Assembly: GCA_015661155.1 (NCBI GenBank)
Contig: JACVQK010000035.1
Location: 1-54,468 of the forward strand
From: Dehalococcoidia bacterium
GTDB lineage: Bacteria; Chloroflexota; Dehalococcoidia; Lucifugimonadales; UBA2985
Reading direction: 5' to 3'
Length of the DNA stretch: 54,468 nucleotides
Every line of letters begins with the position of its first letter. Positions within the stretch are counted from its first letter, which is position 1. The position numbers were made by a program, and so were the translations under genes. A model generated the notes under the pieces. The model worked only from the letters and a program-made list of their open reading frames with translations, had not been told where the DNA came from and made no database searches. Positions 28,498 through 38,398 of the stretch are shown in pieces.

Positions 28498-29760
28498 TCA
28501 GGGGCCTATGATTTCCTGTCCCATGTAGGGTAGCAGCACCTCTGGCACTACGATGGAGCCGTCGGGCTGCTGGTAGCTCTCCATGATGGCGATGATCACC
28601 CTGGGAAGGGCCAGCCCTGAGCCGTTCAGGGTGTGGACGAACTGGGGTCTGGCCCCCGCCTGGGGGCGGAAGCGGATGTTGCTCCGACGGGCCTGGAAGT
28701 CGGTGCAGTTGGAGCAGGAGCTCACCTCCAGCCACTCGCCGCAGCCGGACGCCCACATCTCCAGGTCGTAGGACATGGCCGAGGCGAAGCCCATATCCCC
28801 CGCACACAGCTGGAGCACCCTGTAGGGAAGGGCCAGTCGCCGGCACACCTCTTCGGCGTTCCGGGTCAGCTTCTCCATCTCCTCTTGAGACGACTCCGGG
28901 GCCACCAGCTTGTACAGCTCCACCTTGTCGAACTGGTGCACCCGCTTGATGCCCCGGGTGTCCTTCCCCGCGGCGGCCTTTTCCCGTCGGAAGGAGGGGG
29001 TGTGGGCCACGTAGTAGAGGGGAAGGGTGCCAGGCTCCAGAATCTCGTCTCGATGCAAGCCCGTAAGGGGCACCTCCGCGGTGGGGATGAGCCACAGGTC
29101 GTCCTCCTGGTCGTGGTACAGGTTGTCGCTGAACTTGGGGAGGTTGCCGCTTCCCAGCATGACTTCCTGGCGCACCATGTAGGGCAGGTAGACCTCTCTG
29201 TAGCCGTGCTCCTGCACGTGCAGGTCCAGCATCCAGGAGATGAGGGATCGCTGTAGCTTGGCTCCTGCCCCGGTGAGGGTGAAAAACCGGGAGCCGGACA
29301 GCTTGGCCCCCCTGGCCAGGTCGATGATGCCCAGGCGCTCTCCCAGCTCCCAGTGGGGCAGGGGTGTGAAGTCGAAGCTGGGGGGTTCGCCCCAGGTCCG
29401 TACCACCACGTTGGCCGATTCATCCGTGCCCGCCGGCACGTTGGGAAGGGGGAGGTTGGGCAGCTTGAGCAGCTCCTTCTCCAACTCAGCCTCCACCCCC
29501 TTCACCTGCTCCTCCAGACCCTTGAGGCGGTCTCCTGCCTGGCGTACCCCCTCCCCCAGGTGGGCTGGCCTCTCCGGCATACGGCCCAGCTCCCTGCTGT
29601 CCTGGTTGCGTTTGGCCCTCACGGTCTCCGCCTCCGTCAGCAGGGAGCGGCGCTGGACATCCAGGGACAGGATGGACTCCAGGGGGGCCTTCTCTCCCCT
29701 CCTCTTCAGGGCCTCCCTCACCGCGTCCGGGTCTCGGCGTATGAGTTCGATGCTGAGCAT
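28498..29760 (-). CDS. serS: Seryl-tRNA synthetase
   Basis: 420 aa. N-terminal coiled coil plus class II core (FRREKAAAGKDTRGIKRVHQFDKVE; GSGLALPRVIIAIMES). Confidence 0.96.
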   Translation of the reverse strand: MLSIELIRRDPDAVREALKRRGEKAPLESILSLDVQRRSLLTEAETVRAKRNQDSRELGRMPERPAHLGEGVRQAGDRLKGLEEQVKGVEAELEKELLKLPNLPLPNVPAGTDESANVVVRTWGEPPSFDFTPLPHWELGERLGIIDLARGAKLSGSRFFTLTGAGAKLQRSLISWMLDLHVQEHGYREVYLPYMVRQEVMLGSGNLPKFSDNLYHDQEDDLWLIPTAEVPLTGLHRDEILEPGTLPLYYVAHTPSFRREKAAAGKDTRGIKRVHQFDKVELYKLVAPESSQEEMEKLTRNAEEVCRRLALPYRVLQLCAGDMGFASAMSYDLEMWASGCGEWLEVSSCSNCTDFQARRSNIRFRPQAGARPQFVHTLNGSGLALPRVIIAIMESYQQPDGSIVVPEVLLPYMGQEIIGP

Positions 29761-29767
29761 TGGAGTG

Positions 29768-31249
29768 TTATTTCCCTTTCAGCTGGGGGAACAGGATGAC
29801 CTCCCGAATGGATGTCTGGCCGGTAAGCAGCATGACCAGCCGGTCGATGCCCATCCCCAGGCCCCCGGTGGGGGGCATGCCGTACTCCAGGGCCAGGAGA
29901 AAGTCCTCGTCCAGGCGGTCCACCTCCTCCCCCAGCTCGGCTCGCAGGGCTTCCTGCTCCATGAACCGTCTCCGCTGCTCGTCGGGGTCGTTGAGCTCGG
30001 TGAAGGAGTTGGCTATCTCCATTCCTCCGGCAAAGGCCTCAAACCGCTCCACCAGGGAGGGGTCATTGGGCTTCTGCTTCGCCAGGGGAGACATCTCCAG
30101 GGGATAGTCTATGAGGAAGGTGGGCTGCATTAGCTGGGGCTCTACCGTGGCTGATACCAGCTTATCGATGAGCCTTCCCCGGCTGTTGCGCTCCTCTACG
30201 GAGATTCCAAGGGTTCTCATCCTCTCCGCCAGGGCGGCGGCGTCCGGGAAGTCCTGGAAGTCGATGCCGGTGCAACGCTGGACCTCCTCCCTCAGGGAGA
30301 CCCTTCTCCAGGGAGGCGTGAAGTCGATGGTGGTCTCGCCGAAGGAGACCTGGCAGGTGCCCAGCACCTCCTGGGCTATGGTAGAGACCATCTGCTCCAC
30401 CATGGCCATCACGTCGTTGTAGTCGGCGTATGCCTCGTAGCTCTCCAGGAGGGTGAACTCCGGGTTGTGGTCCAGGTCAATGCCCTCGTTGCGGAACACC
30501 CGGCCTATCTCGTAGACCTGCTCCAGCCCTCCTATGATGAGACGCTTCAGATACAGCTCTGTGGCGATGCGAAGGTACAGGTCCAGATTCAGGGCGTTAT
30601 GGTGGGTGGTGAAGGGCGCTGCCGCGGCGCCGGCGGCCACCGGCACCAGCACGGGCGTCTCCACCTCTATGAAGCCCCGGGAGTCCAGGAAGCGCCGCAT
30701 GGCCCCGATGATCCGGCTTCGTAGCTGGAAGTTGTGTCTGGCATCCTTGTTGGCAATGAGGTCCAGATACCGCTGCCTGTACCGAGTCTCCACCTCTGTC
30801 AGGCCGTGCCACTTCTCCGGGAGGGGGCGCAGGGCCTTGGCCAGGAAGGTGAGGTCATGGGCCTCCAGGGTTATCTCTCCGGTACGGGTGAGGAACAGGG
30901 GCCCTTGGGACCCCAGGAAGTCGCCCATGTCCAGGTCCCGGACCAGGTCATACCCTTGCCCCAGGGTGTCTCTTCTCAGGTGTATCTGAATCCGGCCTGA
31001 GCCGTCCTGGAGCACCAGGAAGGTGGCCCTGCCCATGCTGCGCACCGCCATGACACGCCCCGCCAGGGACATCGGCTCGGTGCGGGTTGCAGCTCCTCCC
31101 TTAGCCTCCTCTACCCGAAAAGCCGCTACCGCCTCCCCAATGGTATGGGTGCGGCGGTAGCGGTGGGGGAAGGGTTCTATGCCCCTGCTCCTGAGCCTTC
31201 GGAACTTCTCCCTCCGACTTTGGAGCAGGTCTCCACCTTTTTCGACCAT
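29768..31249 (-). CDS. lysS: Lysyl-tRNA synthetase, class II
   Basis: 493 aa. OB anticodon-binding domain plus class II motifs (VFRNEGID...; GMGIDRLVMLLTG). Confidence 0.96.
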   Translation of the reverse strand: MVEKGGDLLQSRREKFRRLRSRGIEPFPHRYRRTHTIGEAVAAFRVEEAKGGAATRTEPMSLAGRVMAVRSMGRATFLVLQDGSGRIQIHLRRDTLGQGYDLVRDLDMGDFLGSQGPLFLTRTGEITLEAHDLTFLAKALRPLPEKWHGLTEVETRYRQRYLDLIANKDARHNFQLRSRIIGAMRRFLDSRGFIEVETPVLVPVAAGAAAAPFTTHHNALNLDLYLRIATELYLKRLIIGGLEQVYEIGRVFRNEGIDLDHNPEFTLLESYEAYADYNDVMAMVEQMVSTIAQEVLGTCQVSFGETTIDFTPPWRRVSLREEVQRCTGIDFQDFPDAAALAERMRTLGISVEERNSRGRLIDKLVSATVEPQLMQPTFLIDYPLEMSPLAKQKPNDPSLVERFEAFAGGMEIANSFTELNDPDEQRRRFMEQEALRAELGEEVDRLDEDFLLALEYGMPPTGGLGMGIDRLVMLLTGQTSIREVILFPQLKGK

Positions 31250-31276
31250 AGTGGTGTGCAGTGCCCGCTCTGGCAG

Positions 31277-31765
31277 CTAGCTGATACTCAATACGGTGAG
31301 GGTGACTGTGCCAGCAGGGGTTTTGACCTGGACCTCCTCTCCCACCTTCTTTTGGAGGAGAGCCTTGCCCACGGGGGACTCGTTGGAGATGCGCCCCTCC
31401 AGGGGGTCCGCCTCGGCGCTGCCCACTATGGTGTACTCTTCCCCACCGCCCCTCTGATTCACAACAGCAACGTGGGAGCCCAGCTGAACCCTGTCGGAGC
31501 GGGCGACATCCTCCCCAATGATGATGACGTTGGCGATGATCCTCTCCAGGGTGAGGATGCGCCCCTCGACGAAGGACTGCTCGTTCTTGGCATCGTCGTA
31601 CTCAGCGTTGTCCACCGTGCCGCCGATCTCCTTGGCTATCTGAATACGCGCCGCCACCTGCTGACGGCGGACGGTATGGAGATGCTCCAGCTCCGCCTCC
31701 AGCTTGCTGAGCCCTTCCTTTGTGAGATAGCTGCCTCTTTGCCTCACAACGCCCTCCCAACGCAA
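31277..31765 (-). CDS. greA: Transcription elongation factor GreA
   Basis: YLTKEGLSKLEAELEHL...NAEYDDAKNEQSFVEGRI.... Start is TTG 31765, or GTG 31747 behind GGGAGGG. Confidence 0.93.
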   Translation of the reverse strand: MRWEGVVRQRGSYLTKEGLSKLEAELEHLHTVRRQQVAARIQIAKEIGGTVDNAEYDDAKNEQSFVEGRILTLERIIANVIIIGEDVARSDRVQLGSHVAVVNQRGGGEEYTIVGSAEADPLEGRISNESPVGKALLQKKVGEEVQVKTPAGTVTLTVLSIS

Positions 31766-31929
31766 AAAAACTGAGAGGTGGCTCTTCCTTTCAGCATCCC
31801 TCAGCTAGAGCCAATTCTATACGTCGACCGAGGGGTTGTAAAGGGGTGTGTCCATTGTAGAATAGGGGGACAGGCGGATGCCTTGAAGCTGAGAGCCGTT
31901 GAGAGCACACTACTACCGGGGAGGTGAAT

Positions 31930-32799
31930 ATGGCCAAGGTCACCCAGAGGTGTGCCGAGAGCCCGGACAGGCCGGTCTTTATCTGCGACTTCTCTCCGCC
32001 CAGGGGGGGAGACCCGGCCCTTCTGGACGGGGCGAAATCCCTGGATGCCGACTTTCTCTGTGTTGCCTACAGCCCAGGAAAGGCGGTCCGGGTTGACTCG
32101 GCCATGGCTGCCCATGTGCTGAGGCGGCAGATGGGCAAGGAGGTGGTCTTCACCCAGGCCACCCGGGACATGAACAGGCTGGCCATCCAGAGCCACCTGC
32201 TGGGGGCGAGTCTGCTGGGGCTGGAGAACGTCATCGTAATAGGGGGAGACCCCTTCACCGAGAGGGACCTCGCCACGGTCAAGGAGGTCAACGACTTCAC
32301 GTCTACGGAGCTGATAGCGGCGATAAAGTCCATGAACCAGGGGCGGGATTTCCGGGGATTGAAGCTCCGGTCTCCCACGGATTTCTGCGTGGGGGCCACC
32401 GTGGACCTGGGCAGGGAGGTCGATAGAGAGGCGCGGCTGGCCCACAGGAAGGTCTCCGCCGGTGCTGATTTCCTGGTCACCCAGCCCGTGTACAGCCTCG
32501 ACCAGGTGGAGGGGTTCCGGGAGAGGTATGAGTCCGTGGCCGGAGAGGGGCTTCTACCACCCACTTTCTTTGGGCTACAGGTGCTGGAGGTGAACGGCCT
32601 CACCTTCGGAGACGTCCCAGAGAGGTTCAGGGTAGACCTGGACAAGGGCCGAACCGGGACAGACATAGCTATCGAGATGCTCCACGACTTCGTAGCGGGG
32701 GGAGTGAGAAACATCTACCTGATCTCTCCCATCTTGCGGGGTGGCCGCAGGGACTACAAAGCCGCCCAGAGGGTGCTGGAGGCCTCCAGGGGGTTGTAG
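31930..32799 (+). CDS. Methylenetetrahydrofolate reductase family protein (MetF-like)
   Basis: TIM-barrel MTHFR pattern (FICDFSPPRG...VVFTQATRDMNR...GLENVIVIGGDP...GADFLVTQPVY). ATG 31930 lies 5 nt after GGAGGTG. Confidence 0.8.
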   Translation: MAKVTQRCAESPDRPVFICDFSPPRGGDPALLDGAKSLDADFLCVAYSPGKAVRVDSAMAAHVLRRQMGKEVVFTQATRDMNRLAIQSHLLGASLLGLENVIVIGGDPFTERDLATVKEVNDFTSTELIAAIKSMNQGRDFRGLKLRSPTDFCVGATVDLGREVDREARLAHRKVSAGADFLVTQPVYSLDQVEGFRERYESVAGEGLLPPTFFGLQVLEVNGLTFGDVPERFRVDLDKGRTGTDIAIEMLHDFVAGGVRNIYLISPILRGGRRDYKAAQRVLEASRGL

Positions 32800-32890
32800 G
32801 GGACAGGCGTTGCGAACCGGTTAAATACCCCCCTGTCCTGAGAGAGGGTAAGCTGATACAATCGAGAGAAACCGTGGGGAGGTGGTTCTC

Positions 32891-33829
32891 ATGCGTCCAA
32901 AGCTCCTGTTGCTGCTTGTCATTGGCTCAGCCACTATTCTAGCGGCCTGCGCGCCAGAAGCAACTCCCCCACCCACGGCTTCGGCCACGGCCCAAGCTAC
33001 CTCTGCGACCCTCACGCCCACTGCGTCCCTGACACCCCTCGTCTCTCCGGTGTCGGAGAACTTCCGCTTCCTCATCAGCGACGAGGAGAACGTCATTGGG
33101 GAGTTCGGGAGTTTGAACGTGACCATAGACCAGATAGGGATATTGGGTGGAGAGTCCGGAGGGTGGGTGAAGCTGAAGCCTCTGACCCCCCAGGTGAACC
33201 TCAAGGAGCTTCAGGGCGAAGATGCTCAGGCGATATGGAGCGGTACCCTGGATGAGGGACACTACACCAAGGTCTTCGTCTTTATCAGCGAGGTTAGGGG
33301 TGTGCTTCTTACCGGAGAGACCGTGGAGGTCAAACTCCCCAGCCAGAAGCTCCAGATAAACCAGTCCTTCGACATCACCCCTGATTCTGGGGTGAGCTTT
33401 GTATATGACCTCACCGTTGTCGCTGCCGGAAATGAAAAAAGCGGGATCAAGTACATCCTCAAGCCCCAGGTAGGGGGGAGCGGCGCGGGTCGGCCCTACG
33501 CCGAGGTGAAGCCGAAGGGGGAGAAAACGCCCAGGCAGCATATGGGCCTGTTTGTTGAAGGTCGGATGATCCCCGATGAGAACGTTACCGTGAGGGTCAC
33601 CCGGGAACGGGCCGCGGTACAGGGCGCCACGGTTACCGTCAACGGTGAAGTGGTGGGGAGTACCAACCAGGAGGGAGTCCTGTCCTTCCGGGTTCCCCAG
33701 GCAGAGAAGTGGGAGATAGAGGCCAGGGCTATCCTGGACGGCGATAGCGTAGAAGGGGAAATCGAGTTCGACTCCGTTGTGGAGGAGGAGACGCCTGAGA
33801 CCCCGGATCCCTCGGCAACTCCGGCCTAG
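32891..33829 (+). CDS. DUF4382-like secreted lipoprotein with a C-terminal beta-sandwich (carboxypeptidase-regulatory-like) domain
   Basis: Signal peptide with lipobox ILAAC, a Thr/Pro/Ala linker, then FRFLISDEEN...VKLPSQKLQINQSF...YILKPQV, recalled as the DUF4382 pattern. Confidence 0.75.
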   Translation: MRPKLLLLLVIGSATILAACAPEATPPPTASATAQATSATLTPTASLTPLVSPVSENFRFLISDEENVIGEFGSLNVTIDQIGILGGESGGWVKLKPLTPQVNLKELQGEDAQAIWSGTLDEGHYTKVFVFISEVRGVLLTGETVEVKLPSQKLQINQSFDITPDSGVSFVYDLTVVAAGNEKSGIKYILKPQVGGSGAGRPYAEVKPKGEKTPRQHMGLFVEGRMIPDENVTVRVTRERAAVQGATVTVNGEVVGSTNQEGVLSFRVPQAEKWEIEARAILDGDSVEGEIEFDSVVEEETPETPDPSATPA

Positions 33830-33858
33830 TGTTCTGTCTCCGAAAAAGGAGCCTGATT

Positions 33859-33954
33859 GTCATTGCGAGGAGGTGATAGCCGACGAAGCAATCTGGAGGA
33901 GGGGTGGCCCCACCGCCAGATTGCCACGGCCCTCCTTCGTCGGGCCTCGCAATG
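33859..33954. repeat. Long imperfect palindrome CATTGCGAGG...CCGACGAAGCAATCTGG / CCAGATTGCC...CCTCGCAATG
   Basis: Arms read directly. A half-copy is at 47264-47299. Confidence 0.75.
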
Positions 33955-33978
33955 TTCTCACTCCGGGGTGGCGAAGGG

Positions 33979-34884
33979 TCATCCCCCGCCTTTGGTCCCC
34001 ACAAGGACGACCCAGTCCCCCTCCCGGCTCATCTGAAGGGGAGTGCAGCCGAGTTCTTCCAGGCGTCTCTCCACCTCGGATGCCCTCTCTGCCATTATGC
34101 CGGAGACCACCAACTTACCGTTGGGAACCAACTGGGCTATCAACGCTGGTGCCAGGTCTAAAACGACCCTGGTGTACAGGTTGGCCACCACCAGGTTAAA
34201 GCTACCCAGGTCACCCTCGTCAGGGGAGAGCTTGTAGTGTTCCACCTTGACGATGCGCTGAAGGCCGTTGGCCTTGATGTTGGCGCGAGCGGTCTTTATA
34301 GCTACAGGGTCCATGTCCAGGGCCAGGACGTGGTCGGCACCCAGCCTGGCCGCGGCCATGGCCAGGATTCCAGAGCCCGTGCCTACGTCCATAACCCGCG
34401 CACCAGGGGTCACCAGCTTGTCCATCTCAGATAGGCACATCCGAGTGGTGGGATGATGGCCCGTGCCAAAGGCCATACCCGGGTCCATTCCGATGACCAC
34501 CTCGCCGGGCTTGGCCGTGTACTCCCTCCACGAGGGACAGACCACGATCCGCCCCACGTGCAGCACAGAGAAGTGGCTCTTCCACGACTCCATCCACTCC
34601 CCTTCTTCCAGGACCCGCTCCTCCAGGGGAGACAGGGAGCAGAGGCGTGAGATTAGCGCCACGGCTACTCTTATCTGCTCTTTGCGAGACGCTGTAGCCG
34701 AGTTTATCGGCAGGTAGGAGCGGAGGATGGCCATGGGATAATCTCCCTCCCCTTCGTCGTCCTCGGCATCGGGTCCGCCCACCTGCTCCACCGCCACTCC
34801 GCCGTAGCCGTATCGCTGGAAGATCACCGAGAGGGGTTCCACGTACTCTGACGGGGCCTTAAGGCTGAGCTCTAGCCATTTCAT
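33979..34884 (-). CDS. prmA: Ribosomal protein L11 methyltransferase
   Basis: MKWLELSL... N-domain plus a SAM-binding VMDVGTGSGILAMAAARLGA. Confidence 0.92.
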   Translation of the reverse strand: MKWLELSLKAPSEYVEPLSVIFQRYGYGGVAVEQVGGPDAEDDEGEGDYPMAILRSYLPINSATASRKEQIRVAVALISRLCSLSPLEERVLEEGEWMESWKSHFSVLHVGRIVVCPSWREYTAKPGEVVIGMDPGMAFGTGHHPTTRMCLSEMDKLVTPGARVMDVGTGSGILAMAAARLGADHVLALDMDPVAIKTARANIKANGLQRIVKVEHYKLSPDEGDLGSFNLVVANLYTRVVLDLAPALIAQLVPNGKLVVSGIMAERASEVERRLEELGCTPLQMSREGDWVVLVGTKGGG

Positions 34885-34927
34885 ACCGTTTCAATCGCCT
34901 CCGTCGCGACCACCAGGGCTCGCAGCT

Positions 34928-35077
34928 TTAGCAGGGTGTTGAAAAACCCTCTCGACCATCCCCCTGTCCCCCTTCCTGGCCAGGAAGGGGGAAGAATTTG
35001 AATCTGGGGGACACCCCCAGACCCCCGTCAAAGGGGCTTCGCCCCTCTGCACTCTCCATTTTTCCGCAGCCTGCTAG
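34928..35077 (+). repeat. MITE-like composite palindromic element, full copy (reference orientation)
   Basis: TIRs TAGCAGGGTGTTGAAAAAC / TTTTTCCGCAGCCTGCTA. Internal palindromes CCCCCTTCCTGGCCAGGAAGGGGG, TCTGGGGGACACCCCCAGA and GCAGAGGGGC..GCCCCTCTGC. The terminal CTAG supplies the dnaJ stop codon. Confidence 0.85.
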
Positions 35078-36201
35078 CTATCCAGTCCCAGGGTGTCTTT
35101 GATCTTGCCCAACCAGCCCTTGTCTTCCTTGGAGCCGTTGCTCAGGGTCTGGGCCAGCTCCTCAAGGAGCCTGCGCTGATTCTCGTCCAGGGACCGGGGT
35201 GTGACCACGTTCACCACTACCAGGTGGTCTCCTCGCTTGCCCTTGACGGCATAGGGAACGCCTCTCCCTTTGATGCGGAACACTGTGCCTGCCTGGGTGC
35301 CCTCGGGGACCCGCAGGGTTTCCGGCCCATCCAGGGTGGGCACCTCCATCTCGTCTCCCAGAGCCGCTTGGGCGAAGTTTATGGGCAGCTCGTACAGGAT
35401 TTCGTGATCCCTGCGTTGGAAGATTTCATGGGGTTGCACTCGAAGACCGATGTACAGGTCGCCCGGGGGGCCACCGTGACTCCCCGAATCCCCCTCACCG
35501 ACGAGACGGACCTGATTTCCCTCCTCAACTCCAGGGGGGATGTTCACCCTTATCTTGCGGCCTCGCCGTTCCCGCCCCGAGCCGCTGCACTGAGAGCATG
35601 GGTTGGTTATGATCTTCCCCTCGCCGTTGCACTGAGGGCATGGGCCAATCTGGGCAAACTGGCCGAAGGCGCTGCGTTGCACCCTGCGGACCTGACCTGA
35701 GCCCCTACAGTGGGTGCACTGGACAGGAGAGTGGCCCGGCTCTGCGGCCTTGCCTCCGCAGCGACCGCAGGGCTCCACCCGTCTCACCTCGATCTCCCTC
35801 TCCACTCCAAACACCGCCTCTTCAAAGGACAGAGTGATAGCGGTCTGGATATCGCCTCCAACCTGGGGTGCCCTGCGGGTGCTGGTGGCGAACCCCCCGA
35901 AGAAGGTGTCGAAGATGTCCCCGAAGCCGCCAAAGGGGTCGTGGCCCTCAAAGCCGCGGCCGGCCCCGCCTCCTGCTCCCACTCCCACGCGACCGAAGCG
36001 GTCGTACTCGGCCCGTTTCTGGGGATCGCTGAGTACCTGGTATGCCTCGTTGACCTCCTTGAACTTATCCTGGGCTCCGGGGTCACTGTTCCTGTCGGGA
36101 TGGTACTCAAGGGCCAGACGGCGGAACTTCGTCCTTATCTCCTCCGGGGATGCGCCCCGGGGAACGTCCAGCACCTCGTAGTAATCTCTATGGTTGGTCA
36201 T
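35074..36201 (-). CDS. dnaJ: Molecular chaperone DnaJ
   Basis: J-domain ([12 protein letters not shown]...HPDRN), a Gly-rich linker, and four CxxCxGxG repeats. Confidence 0.96.
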   Translation of the reverse strand: MTNHRDYYEVLDVPRGASPEEIRTKFRRLALEYHPDRNSDPGAQDKFKEVNEAYQVLSDPQKRAEYDRFGRVGVGAGGGAGRGFEGHDPFGGFGDIFDTFFGGFATSTRRAPQVGGDIQTAITLSFEEAVFGVEREIEVRRVEPCGRCGGKAAEPGHSPVQCTHCRGSGQVRRVQRSAFGQFAQIGPCPQCNGEGKIITNPCSQCSGSGRERRGRKIRVNIPPGVEEGNQVRLVGEGDSGSHGGPPGDLYIGLRVQPHEIFQRRDHEILYELPINFAQAALGDEMEVPTLDGPETLRVPEGTQAGTVFRIKGRGVPYAVKGKRGDHLVVVNVVTPRSLDENQRRLLEELAQTLSNGSKEDKGWLGKIKDTLGLDS

Positions 36202-36342
36202 GGTTTGGAATCTTCCGAGCGATACACCAATCTACATTATATTCCACGCCGTGGCTATGGCACAACCACAGGTTTGCCCTGGTCGGGAACGGCGGTTGGT
36301 GGTAATATCCTTAACACACACATCGGACGGAGGAGTGAAACC

Positions 36343-37536
36343 ATGCCTGGTCCCCTGGATGGAGTTGTGGTGCTGGACCTGACCCACGTTCTGGCCGGCC
36401 CCTTTGCCTCCATGGTGCTGGCGGACCTGGGCGCCCAGGTCATCAAGATCGAGCAGCCCGGCATCGGGGACAGGTCTCGGGCCAGCGGCCCTTTCATAGA
36501 TGGTGAAAGCTCCTACTTCATGAGCATCAACCGGGGCAAGCTGGGTATGACCCTGGACCTGTCCAAGGCCAGGGGCAAGGAAATCCTCCTCCAGATGGTG
36601 GAGAGGGCGGACGTGGTTCTGGAGAACCTGGCGCCGGGCGCTATGAAGAGGCTGGGCCTGGACTACCCCGTCCTCAAGGAGCGCAACCCCCGGATCATCT
36701 ACGCCGCCATTTCAGGCTTCGGCCAGGATGGGCCTTATGCGGGGAAGCCCGCCCTGGACGTGATTATCCAGGGCATGGGAGGGGTCCTGAGCATCACCGG
36801 CGAGCCGGGAGGCCCCCCCATTCGTCCCGGCGTCTCCCAGGGGGACATCACCGCCGGCCTCTTCGCCCTCATTGGCACCCTGGCGGCCCTCCATGAGAGA
36901 GCGCGCAGCGGACTGGGGCAGATGGTGGACATAGGTATGCTGGACTGCCAGGTGGCCATCCTGGAGAACGCCTTTACCCGCTACTTCGCCACGGGGGAGG
37001 TGCCCCAGCCCCTGGGAACCAGGCACCCTGTCACTGCTCCATTTCAGGCTTTTCAGACCAGGGATGGTTACATCACCGTCGCCCTGGCCGACGGCCGTAG
37101 AGACCAGTGGCCCCTCTTCTGCTCTGCCATAGAGCGGGTCGACCTGATAGACGACCCCCGTTTTAAGGATGGCTGGGTCAGGAGCCAGAGCTACCAGGAG
37201 CTGGAGCCTATTCTAACCGAGGCCATGAGGAAGAAGACGAGCCAGGAGTGGCTGGCGGAGATGGAGGCCCTGGGCATACCCTGCGGCCCGGTGAACACCA
37301 TCGACCAGGTGGCCCGGGACCCCCAGGTGCTGCACCGGGGGATGATCAGGGACTTGCCTCACCCACGCCTGGGAAAGGTGAAGTCGGTGTGGACGCCCGT
37401 GAAGCTCTCCCGCACCCCCGTGGGCGCCGACACCCCGGCCCCCGACCTGGGGGAGCACACCGCCAGGGTGCTGAGGGAGTTCTCGAATCTTGGGGAGGAG
37501 GAGCTGAGGTCTCTACGGGAAGAGGGAGTCGTGTAG
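36343..37536 (+). CDS. Family III CoA-transferase (CaiB/BaiF family)
   Basis: MPGPLDGVVVLDLTHVLAGPFASMVLADLGAQVIKIE.... ATG 36343 sits behind GGAGGAG. The upstream part of the 608-aa track ORF is antisense to dnaJ. Confidence 0.92.
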   Translation: MPGPLDGVVVLDLTHVLAGPFASMVLADLGAQVIKIEQPGIGDRSRASGPFIDGESSYFMSINRGKLGMTLDLSKARGKEILLQMVERADVVLENLAPGAMKRLGLDYPVLKERNPRIIYAAISGFGQDGPYAGKPALDVIIQGMGGVLSITGEPGGPPIRPGVSQGDITAGLFALIGTLAALHERARSGLGQMVDIGMLDCQVAILENAFTRYFATGEVPQPLGTRHPVTAPFQAFQTRDGYITVALADGRRDQWPLFCSAIERVDLIDDPRFKDGWVRSQSYQELEPILTEAMRKKTSQEWLAEMEALGIPCGPVNTIDQVARDPQVLHRGMIRDLPHPRLGKVKSVWTPVKLSRTPVGADTPAPDLGEHTARVLREFSNLGEEELRSLREEGVV

Positions 37537-37549
37537 GGACTCGCCACCA

Positions 37550-37990
37550 TCATGCTGTCAGCGGTGGTGAGGGTGATGCCTCCGGCTCCACGCGACTTAT
37601 CCCCTCCACGCGGTCAAAGTCCGTGTCGTAGCTGTAGATTTCGGTCAGGCCTTGGCGCTCCATCAGCGCGGCGTTGTAGGCGTCAGCAAAGCCAATTCTG
37701 TTGTTGCAGTACAGGTCAAATGCCCTGGAATAAAGAGACTTCTGCGGAAGTCTGAGGCCACGCAAAGCGATGATGGGTTCGATAAGCTGGCGAATGCGGT
37801 CCCGCGAGAAGCCATACTGCCTCCGCGATTGCAGATTGAACACCGTCTCGGCTATCACGATGTTTGATGTCGCCACCACCTCTTCACTACGCTCCACTCG
37901 CAGGAGCAGGTCGAAGGAAGCGCGGGCTTTTGTCTCATCGTCCCTCGTCAGGTATCGGAGGAGAATATTGGTGTCGAGGAAGCGGGGCAT
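37550..37990 (-). CDS. vapC: PIN-domain ribonuclease toxin VapC
   Basis: MPRFLDTNILLRYL... with later acidic residues (IAET, DAYN, SYDTDFD). The start abuts the vapB stop (TAGATG). Confidence 0.88.
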   Translation of the reverse strand: MPRFLDTNILLRYLTRDDETKARASFDLLLRVERSEEVVATSNIVIAETVFNLQSRRQYGFSRDRIRQLIEPIIALRGLRLPQKSLYSRAFDLYCNNRIGFADAYNAALMERQGLTEIYSYDTDFDRVEGISRVEPEASPSPPLTA

Positions 37991-38248
37991 CTAGGCCTCC
38001 GTGCCCGCTTCCTCACCCCATTCCTCCTCTACCTCCTGCCGCATCTTGCGAAAATCTTCTGGCCTGGCCTTTGGGATTACAGCGCCGTAGCCAGCCAGAA
38101 GGCGGGAGTGTACGGGTCGCAGCCTGACCTCACCGTCCAACAGCTCAAAGGCCACCCTGTCCTTGGGCTTGATGTTCAACGCCTTCCTGATCTCGCCTGG
38201 GATAGTCACCTGCCCCTTTGAGGTTACCGTTGTGGTTTGCCCTTCCAT
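37991..38248 (-). CDS. vapB: AbrB/MazE/SpoVT-family antitoxin (VapB)
   Basis: MEGQTTTVTSKGQVTIPGEIRKALNIKPKDRVAF.... Start set to ATG 38248. A direct repeat GTAATAC x2 lies upstream (38266-38290) and is a possible operator. Confidence 0.85.
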   Translation of the reverse strand: MEGQTTTVTSKGQVTIPGEIRKALNIKPKDRVAFELLDGEVRLRPVHSRLLAGYGAVIPKARPEDFRKMRQEVEEEWGEEAGTEA

Positions 38249-38398
38249 GATTATATCTCCCTGGTAATACCGCACTCATATGTAATACTACCATGTCCGT
38301 CCATTACCTGCAACTGCGACAGACCGCGCCTAAGCAGTGAACATACAGTCCACGGTGGCGGGGGTGTGACGAGAAATCCTCTGGTGTCAGAAGAGCTT

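Noticed and set aside
29761-29767. T-box leaders for serS and lysS
   Set aside because: greA-lysS-serS are separated by only 27 and 7 nt, leaving no room for a ~200-nt leader. The region upstream of greA shows no specifier or T-box sequence that I could see.
35710-36342. 5' portion of the 608-aa track ORF 35710-37536
   Set aside because: It is antisense to dnaJ. The CoA-transferase homology starts at ATG 36343, which has its own SD.
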